Source: Callorhinchus milii (lineage: Eukaryota). From it: a DNA stretch of 64,000 nt. A model generated the notes under the pieces. That model did no database searches, was not told the DNA's origin, and saw only the letters and a list, made by a program, of their open reading frames with translations. Below, one piece after another: positions 23,419 through 37,818 of this stretch (position 1 is its first letter; each line of letters opens with the position of its first letter). The stretch lies in the NCBI RefSeq assembly GCF_018977255.1, contig NW_024704743.1, positions 17,734,001-17,798,000 on the forward strand. The letters run 5' to 3'. A program made the position numbers and the translations under genes.

Positions 23419-26400
23419 CTAAAAATAATCAACCAAATAGGAACTGCATCAAAGTGAATTACACATAGTAATCAGCATTTTAGTTGCAAAGTTCACTTGC
23501 TTTGAGAAATTTCTCATTATTTGTGTTCGTCAGTCAGGTGTCTGAAACACACAACCTTAAGAATATCTAAATCGAACAGAGTTCCACACACATATATATA
23601 TATATATATTTCCACATTGAAATGTCTCTGCTTGAAATGCACACTCTCTCCCTGGAGGAACGCATCCTGCTTACTAAACTTCAGAGAGTATTGGGCACAG
23701 GTTGGTAAGAGCCAAGACTTGGGGACCCCATCTGGTCAAGCTTGCCATTCAGAACACTGGCAGGCTTGTCCAGATGGGACCATCTTACGTGTTAGGGCAT
23801 TGGCTTGCAAGGAGCCACGCGGGTTGAATGCTTGCTGCTCAAAGTCCTGCAATCAAGCCAGACTAGCTGTTCAGTCATCAGCAGTGCCTTGGTTCATGCT
23901 TGGCTTAGGAACTGGACTACCGATCATGTCACAGAGGATTGACTCGATACGAATATTCCATTGCCAAAAATGTCACTTAAGAGCCAGCACAGCGGCAGGA
24001 AGACCTTGTTTATCTCTCCCTCCCAGAGTACCGTCACATCCAACTGACAAAGCTTTTCAACTTTAACAAACTACATAGCAGCACATAAGGGGCAATGTAT
24101 TGTTCCATGCTAAGATACCAATGTCCAGAATAATGAGTTTACAAATAAGATATTTCATTGTTTGGGAACATTTTTATTTAATAAAACAAATGCTTTTAGG
24201 GAGAACAAGTCATCGTAAAAGGTTTTTACGATGCTACTCTTTGTAAATTTGTCAAAACTATGAATACTTTTCTAATACAATATAAAAAATGTTCAGCATA
24301 GGACACCAGGCTACTTTGTATCCATTTGGTCCCACTATCCTGCCTTTTCTTTTCACATTTTTGTTCAAATATTTGGTTAGTTTCCTTTTAAAATCTATTG
24401 TGGAATCTGTACAGACACTCTATTTAATTTCTCATAACCTATCTCTTGTTTTTTTAGAGGGGAAATTATCTTAAACTATGCCTTCTGATTACCAACTTGC
24501 TGACCTTCTATCTATCTTCCTGTATCTATCTTCTTCTATATACTAATAAAACAACAATGTCTGTCTGCACTTCAAGAAAGATCTCAATAACCGATTGACG
24601 TAGAGACAAGATTCATACCTCATCTGAAAGGTCTTGCATCTGGGAGTGACATGGGCATATTTGTTTGCGGGTACCTCTTATTGTTCATTAGTTATTTTCA
24701 GTTTTGTGTTTTCCGCTGCAGTTACACCTGGTGGCCGCTGAGTCAAAGGCGGCACTGTGACATTGTGCGTCACAGAGCACCTACGTATGTACCCACATTG
24801 CAGTTACACACGGTGGCCACACCAGATGACGCTGTGGCATTGTGCGTCACATAGCACGGAGGTAGCCAAGCGGCGACAACAAAATAAAGAACACAGACAA
24901 AGCTAAGCCGCGGCAGCAACAACAAAATTATATCTTTAAAGCACCGAGTCTTCCTACTGAGTCCTCCCAAAAGGAGTCCTCCCGGATGAGTATAAACATA
25001 AAATTCTGTCTGGGAGTTAATGTACATTCCATATTGGATTCTTTGGTGCAAGCGAAGCTGCAACGGGTACAACTAGTATTTTATAAAGATCTGATTAAAT
25101 GATAATCCTGCATTACTTATTTTCTGCCGCTAGATGGAGATTAGCATTTGGACACAGGAGGGCTCTTTTAAAATATCTTCAGAGCTGAACATTTTATACC
25201 TTGCTTCGACTACTGGAAGTCCAAGTGCTCTGGAATGGTACCTTGCGTGAGGATCGCTATATAAATGGAAGTTGTTGTTGTTGGAATTGATACAACATTC
25301 CTTCTATCAGTAGAGGGATTAGTACTTTCTTGATTTGACATACTACCTTGTGTGAAGGGCACGAGATAAATGAATTTCTATTATCTGAATTATTTTTGAA
25401 TTTCTATGTAAAGTTTAAGTAGGGGCAGACTGACTATTTGGGAAATCGGGAATTTTCATCCCTGTGATTGGCTCCAGAATCCTCCCCAACCCCACAAATC
25501 ACCTTTATTTTACATTACAATCACCAGCCATTTCGGAGGGGGAGTAAGTTTGCGGCTGAGTATGAGATTCAGTTTCTTTTTGAATCACTACTGTCATCTA
25601 CCAGGTGATAGAATTTACCTTTTTAGAATGCATGCGTTTAGTGTTATTTCACCACTGGAACACTGATGTCCTGATGTAATATCATTTGTGATCTGTTTGA
25701 TAAATGTTAATTTTCTTTCACGTGCAGTGGCACCAGTATAAGATCAAAATAAAGCTGAAAACCGATCATCATATCCAAAAGCTACACTGGCCAACTAACT
25801 ATTCACCTTTTAGATTGCTCAGCTTCAAGAAATATCAGATAAACAATTCAATTAATGTGATTTTGAAGCAGACACAATGCATTACTTGCTCCATTTTTGA
25901 ACAAGTTTGTTTTACCCTATTGAAATTGCAGAAGTGAAAGATAAAGTACTATGTATTCAAGCAAATTACAGCAGTTTATCTTCAAAGTGCTGCACTCATA
26001 CAGCACTTATTTTCCCCAACAGACAATATACCACAGGCTCATATATATAAAACATAATTAGCTATAATTTCTGCAAAAACCTTGCAATTGAAATTTTTTT
26101 CATATAGCAATGTTTGCAGAACCATATTTTAACGTTCTAAAGGATCGATCAACAAATCAAACAACAACAAGATTACATTTGTATAGCGCCTTTCACGTCG
26201 GGAGGATGTCCCAAGGCGCTGGACAGTATTTCAGACCCGAGCTGGGGTCAGCGGGGAGAAGGGAGGGAAGGGCAAGGGAGGTGACCAACGGCATGATCGA
26301 AGAGGAGAGTTTTGAGGCGGGACTTGAAGGAGGCTAAGGAGGGGGTGAAGCGGAGTGATTGGGGGATGGAATTCCAGAGGTTGGGGGCAGAGTGGCTGAA

Positions 26401-26694
26401 GGCTCTCCCGCCAATGGAGGGGCGGGTGGGTTGGGGGACGTGGAGCAAACAAAGAGACTTTAAACACTGCAGTTTTCTGATGCACAATGAAGATTGCAGA
26501 TAATTACAGGTAGCATCTTTGGGATTAAACGGGTTCACATAATAGTCATGCAATCGCAAAAACATATTTTTGGTGAGAGCTGTAGTCCTTTGTATTTTGC
26601 ATGACGACTAAATATCTGCACTGTTTCCTTATCCACAATTGCGCTGGTCCCAATTATTGTGAATAATCAACTCTTATCGTATTTTGTTACTTAC

Positions 26695-26802
26695 CACAAA
26701 AAGAAGTTGCTTGGTTCGCTCTACATGCTTTAGAAATTTGTGACCCATTCCTTTATTTAAGTGAGCACCTTCAATCAAACCAGGTAGATCAGCAACTGAC
26801 AC
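26695..26802 (-). CDS. GTPBP10: GTPBP10 exon 7
   Basis: [36 protein letters not shown] with the G3 DLPG motif. 108 nt. Confidence 0.97.
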
Positions 26803-26887
26803 CTGCAACCATAAAACAAACCCCAACTAATACAAATATCAATTGACTGACCTCAAGATGCTGTGTGACTTCAAGGGACTCCAGTTT

Positions 26888-27310
26888 TAATAATAATCTT
26901 TGCATTTCATATAAGTGCCTTTCACAGCAGGAGAAATCTCAAAGCCCCTCACAGGATCACTGTGAAGTGTAGTGACACTGTATTTGTAGGCGAATGTTGA
27001 ACCCATTTGTGCACAGCAATGTCCCCCAAACAGCCATGAAATGAATGACCAGCTTTATTTGGATTGTTGGCCAGGACACTGGGAGATACTCACTTCTCTT
27101 TTTGAGGTGCCATGGGTTATTTAATGTCCACCTGAACTGATAGTCAGGATCTAGGTTTAATGTCTCATTTGAAAAATGAAACATTGCATCTGTTGCATCT
27201 CCAACAATGCAACACACCCAAGCACTGTAGTGGAGTGTCAGTCTAGACTGTGTGAGTTCAATTCCCTATGTGGGACTCAGAAGTGAGAGGGCAAATGAGC
27301 CAGGCTGACA
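26888..27310 (-). mobile_element. Deu-domain SINE (SacSINE1-like)
   Basis: Contains the reverse complement of the recalled DeuSINE core (ggtttaatgtctcatt.gaaa ... gcactg.agtggagtgtcagtctagactgtgtgagttcaa). Related fragments at about 6115-6370, 16560-16670, 30625-30840, 34860-35255 and 42460-42730. Confidence 0.7.
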
Positions 27311-28955
27311 GTTATCTTCAGTTCCAATGTACCTTCTTTTGAGTTAAACAAGGCTGAGAATGAAATTTAAGTTATTTTTTTAAAATTTACTTAAAATCAT
27401 ATTATGACAATACATTGTCAAAACTAACAATTAATATGCACCCTTATCTTAATTAAACATTTAACTATTGGTCTGAAGAGACACAGTCGATAAAATTACA
27501 ATGTTCATCCTCTTGCAGTGTAAAATTACTCAAGCCATTTGCTAAAAACATGCACATTTCAATTTACAGGAACAAGATTGCATAGAACTAGTCTCTAATG
27601 AGTTAAAAAATATGTTGAAACACTGCACATGGTGAAGTGACCTTCACCTATTTTGATCTTTTTGTGTTCAATTCTTTTATATCAAATGAAATCCTTTGGT
27701 TCAATGTTTTAGTTTTGTTTGGAGTCATTCCAATAGACTGAGTCTGAGCGAGCGTTTCCAAAAGATTCCCTTGATGTAAACACCTCTTCAACATGAGAGG
27801 GATTAAGTACATTTTCATTCCGGGAAAAAAAATTGAAAACTCAATTGTTTCAAATGTTCTCTTTAAAAATACACTTGGTGCTTCCTTGTCATGCACAAAC
27901 TATATGAGCAAAACTTAAAACTAAATAAGCCAGTGATGAGAAATGATCATATTTGTGCACTTTTTCCAACTAATGAAGTTTTTTAACCTTAACTAGAACA
28001 CTGCCCTTTTTTATCATAAAACTGTCTGTCCACAAGTCTTGATCTCAACAGAACTTGCTGTCGTGGTCAAAAGTATGTTATTCCTAAATCATTCTGTTCC
28101 TTTGTCAAGGAACAAGGTTAGAGTGTGTTTTGAAATACAGTGGAATGCGCTTTAGCTGGACGCCGGTCACCGGGTAAATTGGACAAATCACCCGGCACTG
28201 ATTCATTTGTATTCTTACCCGTATTAAATATGCTGGTTAATTCTGCGGAAACCCAGTTTATCCGGGCAAAATGCCACGATGGTCGCTGCTGAATGTACTC
28301 AGTCAAGCCTTCTGTGTCAGGAGCAGCTCCAGGATGGACATGGGAGGAGTCACATTGGGATTGACAGCAACTTCACAAGTGGCTCTGGGCGGGGCAGTGA
28401 TTGCATCCGGTGGACGGGGAGGTGACCAATGAGCGGCGGCTCCAAGGTGATTGACACCTCCTGGAGCCGCCTCTAATTGGTCCCCTTCCCCTCCAACGGC
28501 AATGGGAGAGAAGAGACGTTTAGCAGAGGAGACAGTGGGAAGAGAAAAGGTGAGAACCGGATCCTGGATAAATTGGACAAAATTCCCTGCCCCAATGCGT
28601 CAACATAAAGCGGATTGCCCTATACTGTATCTCCCTCCCTTGCCTTCTGAAGAATGACAACGTTGAAAGCTTGCTGAAAATGTTGCGGGTGGCCACCTTG
28701 GAATCCCATTTTGTGAAGTTGCTGTTTTGGACCCGGGAGCAGACTTTCAGATATTCTTTAGTAGATGCCAATTTAGATAAAATGACTTTGAAAAGATGAA
28801 ATCCGAGATCCAAAATTCCCTTGACCCCCAGTTAAAATAATCACTGCCATATTTGTAAGCCAGGTTCATCACCTGCTTTTATTTAGACTCAGCTGCACAG
28901 AGTACAGGGCCTAACTCAACCACTGTTAAACTATTACAGTGAAGAAGAGGCTTAC

Positions 28956-29008
28956 CTGTTTGTAATCGCCATACATTATTTTTCCAATTTCTGGCCTGAC
29001 AGTTGTGA
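28956..29008 (-). CDS. GTPBP10: GTPBP10 exon 6
   Basis: (F)TTVRPEIGKIMYGDYKQ with the G2 FTT motif. 53 nt, phases match the neighbouring exons. Confidence 0.95.
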
Positions 29009-29144
29009 CTGTGAATACAAACAAACATTTCGATAGTGAAACAGAACTAACCAAGAAAAACTACATAAGTAGCAACCAAATTCTATGTCTTTGGAAAATT
29101 AAAATGGGCATTAGAATCTCAGCTAATAATATGAACCACAACAT

Positions 29145-29815
29145 CGACAACAACAAATTACACTTGTACAACATCCTCCATGTCAGAAAGATTTCCCAGG
29201 GCGCTGGACCATAAGGGGTTTTGGACCCGAGCTGGGAGCTGGAATCAGGAGAGGTGAAGGGCAGAGGGAGTAGGGATGGGAGTGTGGCTGAAGGTACAGT
29301 CAAAGAGGAAGGTCTTCAGACAGGACTTGAAGGAGGTAAGAGAGGGGGTGAGGCGGAGGCATTGCATGATAGAGTTCCAGAGTGTGGGAGCAGAGATGCT
29401 GAATGCCCGGCCGTCAATGATGGAGCAGGCCGGTGTCCACTGAGCAGAGGGAGCGGACAGGCTGATATGGGGTTAGAAGTCACAGAGGTAGAGGGGAGCA
29501 AGATCATGGAGGGCTTTGAAGGTGAGAACAAGGGTTTTGAACTTGATTCTCTGACTGATGGGGAGCTAGTGAAACCAGGCAAGGATGGAGATGATCAGTT
29601 CACAGAACCAGGTGTGGGAGAGAACACAAGCTGCAGATTTCTAAACAATCTGCAGCTTGTGGAGGGAAGAGTTGGGAAGTCCAGTGAGTAGGCAGTTGGC
29701 GTAGTCAAGCCGGGATGTGATGAAAGCGTGTATCAGGGTCTCAGCGACCTGTGGTGAGAGGCAGAGGTGGAGGTGGGCAATGTTGCAGAGGTGGGGAAAG
29801 GCGGAGCAGGTCACA
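29145..29815 (-). mobile_element. L2 LINE 3' fragment
   Basis: Homologous to the other L2 3' ends, with a caacaacaa tail. Similar fragments at about 19925-20410, 26160-26450, 33075-33700, 36100-36480, 36580-37125, 54760-55005 and 61880-62270. Confidence 0.85.
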
Positions 29816-30462
29816 TGCATTGATAGGACTCTTTCACCTGCCCTTTTACATCTCCCTTAAAATTTTTATAATACGAACATTTCCATTACATAATTACAAC
29901 AAAAAAATCTGACAAATTCAAAATACTGTACTTTTGTTTTGCAGAATTTAACAAGAATTTTTTATTTATTAAAAGAAATACTTTGGTGTGAAGTGACGCT
30001 CCTCAAAGAATTAATAAGGGGTTGTAGGGGGGATCTCAGGTAAAGAACATCTATGGAATAGTAGGCTGAAATATCTTTGTGTTGGTATCACCAAAAAACA
30101 AACAGTAACTCCCAAAAGTTTGCTTGTACTGCAATTGTGAGCCTAACGAATCATCCCATGGTGTGTTTGTACATTTGCGATTCTTTTACTATAGGCTAAG
30201 TACGCATGAACACAAATGTAATCTTTGAGGAAATTAGGATTGAAATCATTGAGGAATGCAGGATTTCTCTGCTGACTATATATATGTATAAATACAGTGT
30301 TTATATTATAATATACTTTTTTGGGGTACATTGTTTTATACAATTAGTGGCTATTAGTCTCAGAACTCACTCAGCCTCTCTACCCATTTTGAACATTCCT
30401 TTTTATATAGTATTTGGAAAATGAAAATGTTTTAAAAAGAGGTTTTTCATTGTTACACTTAC

Positions 30463-30536
30463 ATGGGTAATCAGCAATTTTGGGTTTAGCGTGTGAAAGC
30501 TGGCTCAATAAAGTCGATTTCCCAGCATTTGGAAAA
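30463..30536 (-). CDS. GTPBP10: GTPBP10 exon 5
   Basis: (G)[24 protein letters not shown] with the G1 P-loop. 74 nt. Confidence 0.97.
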
Positions 30537-31189
30537 CTGTAATTAATAAGAAAAGTGTTATCACAAAGCATTTAACATTATAAGAGATAGAAAAATATAC
30601 TAGTACTGAAGATGCAATTCTATCATCACGGCTCAGTGCTGGCATTCTCATCTCTGGCTCAGAAGATTGTGGGTCCAAGGCCCGTTAGGACTTGAGTTCA
30701 GAGTATTCCCACCTCTGAGTCAGGTCAAGAGTTGTCTATAGCTTATCCAGAGTTTGTGGTCTACGCTGACACTCCAGTGCAGCACTGAGGCACTGTCAGC
30801 AGTGCCATCCTTTGGATGAGCCATTAACCAGTCTGTCTTAAATTGTTTTTTTTTACTGTGAATTTATACATATTTAGATGGACTTAAACCTACTGTAGTT
30901 GTAGTACAATAATGTAGTGAGATAAAAGTTAACTACTCGCTCGCTCGCTTGCTCACTCACGTACATTTAATACCTTATGATAACAGTATGTTTCACAATA
31001 GATAAATACAATGAACAGTAGTGATGAAATAAAGTAGTACTTATTTGCTTAGCATCTCACAGGAATACAGCATTGTATAAGCAGAATTTAGTCATCACAT
31101 GTAAACTTATTGGTATATTACATCTGTACCAATTATCACTGGAACTCTTTTATTTACAAAAACACTATTAAAGTGCCATATAGAGCCAT

Positions 31190-32578
31190 ATTCGATGACT
31201 CTATCATCCTCCACCGCCTCCCCTCTCACCTCAACCTTCATGGTTCTGTCCTTGAGTGGTTCAGAACCTATTAGATGTATTTAAGGGAAAGCGAGATAAT
31301 TATATGAGGGAGAAAGGAATAGAAGATTATGCTTGAAGGCTTAGTTGAGGAAGGGCAGGAGGAGACTCATGTGGAGCATGAACACCGGCGTAGACCATTT
31401 AGGCTGAATGGCTTATTTCTGTGCTATATATTCTAATGTAATGTATAGTACCTTTCACACCACCTCCACTTCATCAACACGAACGGTTTCTCCTCTAGAC
31501 CCCGCAACGTCTTGTGCGGCATTTCTCAGGTCTCTGTCCTTGGTCCCCTCCTCTTCAACATCTATACGCTCCCTCTTGGTGACATCATCCACAGACATGG
31601 GGTGAAGTTCCACATGTATGTGGATGACACCCAACTCTATCTCTGCCTCCACCTTCGACTCCAGGACCACTGCTGTCCTGACTGAATGTCTACCAGACAT
31701 CAAGTCCTGGATGAGAGCTACTTTCTTCAGTAGAAAGTCAACAAGACCGAGGCTCTCCTGATTGGCTCCCGTCAGCACCTCCGCACCTCAGGGACTGACA
31801 GCATCACCATCCGTGGATGTACACTCCACCTCACTGAGCCAGTCCGGAACCTTGGGGTCTTGTTTGACCCTCAACAGTCCTTTCTACCCCATATCCATAC
31901 CATGACCCTCTGCCTTCCCCCTCCACTGCAACATCGCTCGGCTCCGCCCTTATGCTGTCGAAATCCTCATCCAGGCGTTATCACATCTAAGCTCGACTAC
32001 ACCAACTCCCTGCTTGTCGGCCTTACCAAGTCTTCCCTCCACAAGCTGCAGATCATCCAGAATTCTGCAGCTCGCGTCATCTCCCGCACCGGGCTCCGTT
32101 ACCCCATCACACCCACCCTCGCCCGGCTCCACTGGCTACCTACCCATTCCTCAGAAGCTACAGTTCAAAATCCTCATCCTCACCTTCAAGGCCCTCCACG
32201 GCCTTGCACCTTCCTACCTCTGCAACCTGCTGACCCCGTACCAACCCGTCCACTCCCTCCGCTCAGCAGGCTGTGGCCTGCTCCATGTCCCCCATCCAGC
32301 ACCACTTCACCATCAGCGTTCAGGCCTTCTGCCTTTCTTCCCCCACCCTATAGAACTCCATCCCACATTCCCTTCACCTCGCTCACTCCCTTGCCTCCTT
32401 CAAGGCACATCTCAAAACCCTCCTTTTCGACCAAGCCTTCGGCCACCCTCCTACCTTCCATCCTCCCCGATCCTGACCCCCAGCTCGGGTCCAATTCCCT
32501 GACTCCAGGATCTTGGGACGTCCTCGTGACGTGGAAGGCGTTATACAAATATAATTTTGTATTGTATTGTGTATTATT
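31190..32578 (+). mobile_element. L2-clade LINE fragment interrupted by a CR1 3' end (about 31271-31448)
   Basis: RT remnants YVDDTQLY, SKLDYTNSLL, IQNSAAR, LHWLP, and a (ttgta)n tail. The L2 sequence resumes after the CR1 insert. Confidence 0.88.
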
Positions 32579-34537
32579 CTGTGTCAGATTGTTAACTAGC
32601 GGCTCTTTAAAGCCATGGGTATCTGAAGCATGTTAGGATGCTGTAATGTACTGGTATTGTAGCAGTTACAATATCTGAGTTATTGTACTGATAATGTCAC
32701 AATGTGTCCCAGAAGAAACATTTAATCACATTTCCTGGAGCCATTTCAAGATCTTTTGCCTTTTTCAAGATTGTACTCAATTAAGTGATTCAGTGACCAA
32801 TTCTATACAAATCAGAAACACCTCACTTGCTCCAAGGAACTATGTAAACAGTTACTCGTATTTTATATTTAATTTCACAGCTTCCATCATTCTATTCCAT
32901 GTGCGCACATTTTAGATAAGTTTGGACATTATCCATGGACCAATTCATTGACAAATTTATCCAAATTAGAATGATTTCTTGAGTACTACCAAACTAATTT
33001 AGTGAATTTTAAAGAGATATAACAGTAACTTATTTCACAGCCAAATTCTGTGTTAACACAACATACTGAACCACCAACAAGAATTTGCATTTATATAGCG
33101 CTCCTCACACAAGGTAGCGCTTGACAGCAGTGGAGCACAACAGCGAGCAAAGGGGAGATGACCGAAGGCGCAGTTTTCAAACATTGTTTATTTCTCCTGA
33201 AGGGTTCTGGATCTTACAAGAGGGAGGGGATGGTGACCGTAAGCACGATCAAAAAGGTCTTCACTCGCGACCTGAAGGTAGGGAAGGAAGGCGCATTGCG
33301 AAGGGATGGAGTAAGAGTGTTCCAGAGTTTTGGGGCTTAGTGGCTGAAAGCGCAGCCACCGATGATCGAACAGAGGGCACAAGGGACATGCAGGAGGGCA
33401 GAACCAGTCCGGAGGCAGCGGGTTGGGGAATAAGCAGGTCGGAGAGGTAGGGAGGTGACAGGACATGAAGGGATTTGAAACCAAGTGTGAGTATCTTGAA
33501 ATCGATCTGTTTTGCGATGGGGATCCAGTGAACCTGGCTAGAATTGGTGTGTTGGGGGTACAGAGTTTAGTACAGGTGAGTATGCGGGCGTCGGAGTTTT
33601 ACATCAGTTGGATTTTGTGGATGGTGGAGCTGGGGAGACTGGCGAGGGCATTTGAGAAGTCGAGGCAGGAGGTCACGAACGCTTGGACGAGTTTTTCACG
33701 TTATACCAAACTATAAAGTACTGTCGGACTCTGTTACAATGCTGTTATATCCCATTAAATTGCTATAATATTTTAGCTTGGTTGCACTGTGAACCCATGG
33801 TATACCAGAAGAGCAGTACACCTCCGTCTTCTGTCAATGACTGTCCAACTTCCTGTGACTGTGTACATGGGTCATGCAAAAAACAGCATCAGCGTGCTTT
33901 CTGCATATTGTGCTCAGGCACAGGAAGCAACATCAACAAGTTTCTTCTGCATAGTGCAGGCAGGAGAGAGCATCAGGGACGACATTTTATAGGGCACGTC
34001 ATTATAACATAGGGCCAGTTTCATGGACGGAAACCACCACATTATAACAGGGTTCAACTGTAACAGTAGGATATGGACTTGTAATTCACCATACAACAAT
34101 TTCATCACCTTGGCTGATCCCCAGTGAAAAATTATGGAGAAAATTCCACACTAAGGCTGAAAAAGATGCCAATTGAGCTGTGGTGTGAAAGAAAAATACT
34201 ATAAGCAAAATAAAAACTTAAAATTCACAAAAAAGGGAATTATTTTCAATGTTTTATCAATTTCGGTGAGGTGTTAAGACCGACAAAGCAAACTGAAGAC
34301 AAAGCTGCCAGCATCAGAGAAATGTTAGGAGACACACTGTCAACTAGTTGAACACAGTGAACTCTGTTTATTTTCAGAGTGGCACACAGCACTTGGCTGG
34401 TATCAACTTTCAACATCAGAAACAGTGAAAGTGGCAACCTAGCTCAACACGTGAATAACTGTAGTGGTTCCTTTGCAAAAAAAAATAAGAAGGAACCATA
34501 CTCTAGGATAAGAACCTGGCTCAGTTAGTAGGAATAT

Positions 34538-34835
34538 GGAGTCCTGTACCTTTGTGGTTAGAGCACTTACAAGCGAGAGACCTGGGTTCAATTCCAGGCA
34601 GGATGAAACCTTGGGCAAGTTTCTTTACTCCACATGACTGATAATAATCCCTCAAAAAATAAATAATAAATTGATTATTTCAATCCACGACTGTTTGTGG
34701 AGCACTGCTGTGCACAATTGGCTGCTGCGTTTTGCCCAAATAATTCACTTTACAGCATGTTCTGTGAAGCGCTTTGAGACATCTAGAAGACATGAAAAGC
34801 ACTATATCAAATGCAAGGATTATTTTATTATTATT
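34538..34835 (+). mobile_element. tRNA-derived SINE
   Basis: ggagtcctgta...ggttcaattcc...atcaaatgcaaggattatt. Confidence 0.88.
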
Positions 34836-35749
34836 AGCACCACAGATTTAGATTTTGGTTTCAAGGTTCCAGGCCCACAGTGAGACCTTGACCTAATATA
34901 GTCTAGACTGACACCCGCATTGTTCAAGAACTCGTCCTTCAGATGAATTAAAATCCTGTTTGCTTGTTTAAATGGATGCTAAAGAACCAATTGCACTATT
35001 CGAAAGAAAAAGGAGTTTCTCCTGGTGTCCTGGCCTATAATCCCCCAGATTAAATTGGTCATTCACTTCATGGTTATTTTGTGAGACACCAATGTGCACA
35101 AATTCGCTGCCAGTTTCATCTACAAAATTCACGGTTACTAATAATATTAATAATACAGAACTAAAAATAACACTACACTGCACAGTATATCTTGTGAAGC
35201 ACTGAGACATCATCCTGACATGAAAAGCTCTATATCAAATGCAAGGGTTACTTATTATAGCATGGTGAGGCCACTGTTAATGTAAACCACTCCCCTAGAT
35301 TTTTTTTAAATGTATCTACACCCTTAGATTAACTGACTACAATTTTAAAAAAAAATTGATTTGGAACAGAGATCAGAGCACTGGACTCATTTAAGAAATA
35401 ACTTGATGCTGTAATGAGATGAGAGTAGGGTGGTAGTTCTGGAAAGATAAGATCAAATACATCAAAGACAGTTCTTCATCTGAAGCTCTGTTGTGAAGTA
35501 TTAGTTCATAAACATTCAATTACTTTGCTTGAAAGAAAATAAGCACCTGGGATTTTTAGCTTTGAACCAAAACGGAAGCAAAGAAACACCAATGTTTAAA
35601 TTTCTACAAAGAATTCAACAAAGCTGTCAATGTGCTATAAAAATGAATTAGCAGCCATCAGAGAACGGTTTACACAACTAAGCTTTTGGTTTCTTTAAAT
35701 GTATGGAAATATTGGGTTTATAAAATTAGGATGTAAAGTTGTTACTTAC

Positions 35750-35894
35750 CCAACCAATCCCACATCTGCTATAAGTTTCAGATCCAACCTTACTATCTTA
35801 GCCTGACCCTTAGAAGGCAGAAAATTAGTCGTAAAAGAGCCGCCATGACCACCAGCAGTGAGACGTATCCGATCGTCCACTTTGTTTAGGTGCC
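35750..35894 (-). CDS. GTPBP10: GTPBP10 exon 4
   Basis: [49 protein letters not shown]. 145 nt. Confidence 0.96.
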
Positions 35895-37182
35895 CTGGAA
35901 AAGAAAAGCGTACATAGGCAAATATAAACAAAGTACATTTATAAATACACTGTCATTACCCTTTACTATCAATCCTGTGAAGCATTTGGAAATGTCTTGA
36001 TGACATGATAAGAGACTATATCAAATTCAAGAATCATTATATTATTATAATAATTGTATCCAGCTATCCTTCCTCCCTCATGTCCGGTCTCTAACCAAGA
36101 TCTCTTTCTTCCACCTCCGTCAAATTGCCACATCGTCGTTACCTCCTGCCTCATCGACTCCAATGCCCTCTTCGCCAGTCTCCCAGCTCCCCTACCCAGA
36201 AACTACAACTGATTCAGAACTCCACCACCTGAATCTCACCCACACTAGTCTTTACCCCAATCATACCAGTCCTTGCCAGGTTCCACTGGCTTTCTAAAAC
36301 AGAATGAATCGATTTATAGATCCTCTCACTTGTCTACAAATCCCATATTCGACCATGCTTAGGGTAACCTCCTCCCACCCACCCCCCCACCCACCCCCGG
36401 CTCAGCGTTGGGCTCTGCCACTGTTAAACGAGATATTCCCCTGCGTGAAGAGTGCTATATAAATGCAAGTTGTTGTTGTTATGATGTAGTTAACAAATTA
36501 TTTTACTTAATGTTCAACAAAGGGAATATTTTCTGCCCTTAAAAGAGATGAATTAAAAGCCATCTATTTCCATTTGCAAACATGGAGTTAACTTCCATAT
36601 GTATGCAGATGACGCCCAAATCAACTTTTCCACTTCCACCCTGGTTTTTATTTCCACTTATGTTGTCCATCTGCCTGTCGAATATCAAGGACTGGATGAG
36701 TCTCAATTTCTTGCAGCTCAATATAGAGAAGGATGGAAGCCATCCTCTTTAGCACCTATCAATATTTCCTCACTTCCAGCACTGTCCTCCTCAACTTCCC
36801 TGACTTCTCTCTGAAACTCACTGAACCAGTGCGCAACATTAGCATTTAATTTGATCCTCAGCGCTCCGTCTCTCCACACATGTGGTCCTTGACCAAATTT
36901 TTCTTCACCTTTGCTACATTGCTCTCATCCCCATCCTCTGGAACTCCTTCTCTCTATCCCTCCTTCTGATTCTCTCTTGGATGTATTTAAATTCCACCTA
37001 AAACCTTTCACTTCGATCAGATGTACCCCTCCCCCTCTTCTCCTCCTCTTTTGCTTGGTGTATGACACCATTCCTGTGAAGCGATCAAAATATAATCTTA
37101 TGTGAAGCACACTAGATAAATGTTGTTAAAATAAATGAATCTGTAAATCTAATCAATATTAACAGTAAACCAGAATTCTCAC

Positions 37183-37274
37183 CTATTACTTTCCCTTTGT
37201 CAGTCGTGACTGAAATACCAACTGGGGCATAAATTTCACAATCCTTCCCCTTTTTTCCCTTCAGTGATCGAATG
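37183..37274 (-). CDS. GTPBP10: GTPBP10 exon 3
   Basis: IRSLKGKKGKDCEIYAPVGISVTTDKGKVI. 92 nt, AG/GT flanks. Confidence 0.95.
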
Positions 37275-37624
37275 CTGGAGAACAAAATGACAAAGTGTTA
37301 CAAGATATCGAGAACTTATTTCCCATCTACATTTCAACAGTAAAATCACAAGTGCATTCATCTGCTAAGTTCTCTGAATGATGCTCTAGTATTATGAAGA
37401 AATCCATCTTATAACACTACAACCTAGTGGTTCTTGCACCACGAGAGTTTTCTTCTTGATCCAGTTCATTTAGGTAATAAACCAGTAACTTTTCTGCGAT
37501 ATTTTTGTGATATTTTGCTCATGTATTTTCTTAAAATACATAGAAAGTAGGAACTAGAAAAAGACCCAATCTGATCAACTCCACCAAATGGCAAATACCC
37601 GTAAATGGCAAAAAAAAGCCTTAC

Positions 37625-37818
37625 CTGCTGTTTGCACCAACTTCACCCATAAAGCGTTTCTCTGGATGCTTGTCTTTCAGTTTCTTCAAAGTGATGTCTG
37701 CTTTTGCTACAACAAAGACATCTCCGCCTTTGCCTCCTTCACCACCAAAGCGACCAAGTCCCATTCCACCACTCCCTCCACGAACATACAGTCTGACATT
37801 GTCAATAAAGTTGCCATA
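37625..37818 (-). CDS. GTPBP10: GTPBP10 exon 2
   Basis: [64 protein letters not shown], the glycine-rich Obg fold. 194 nt. Confidence 0.97.
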
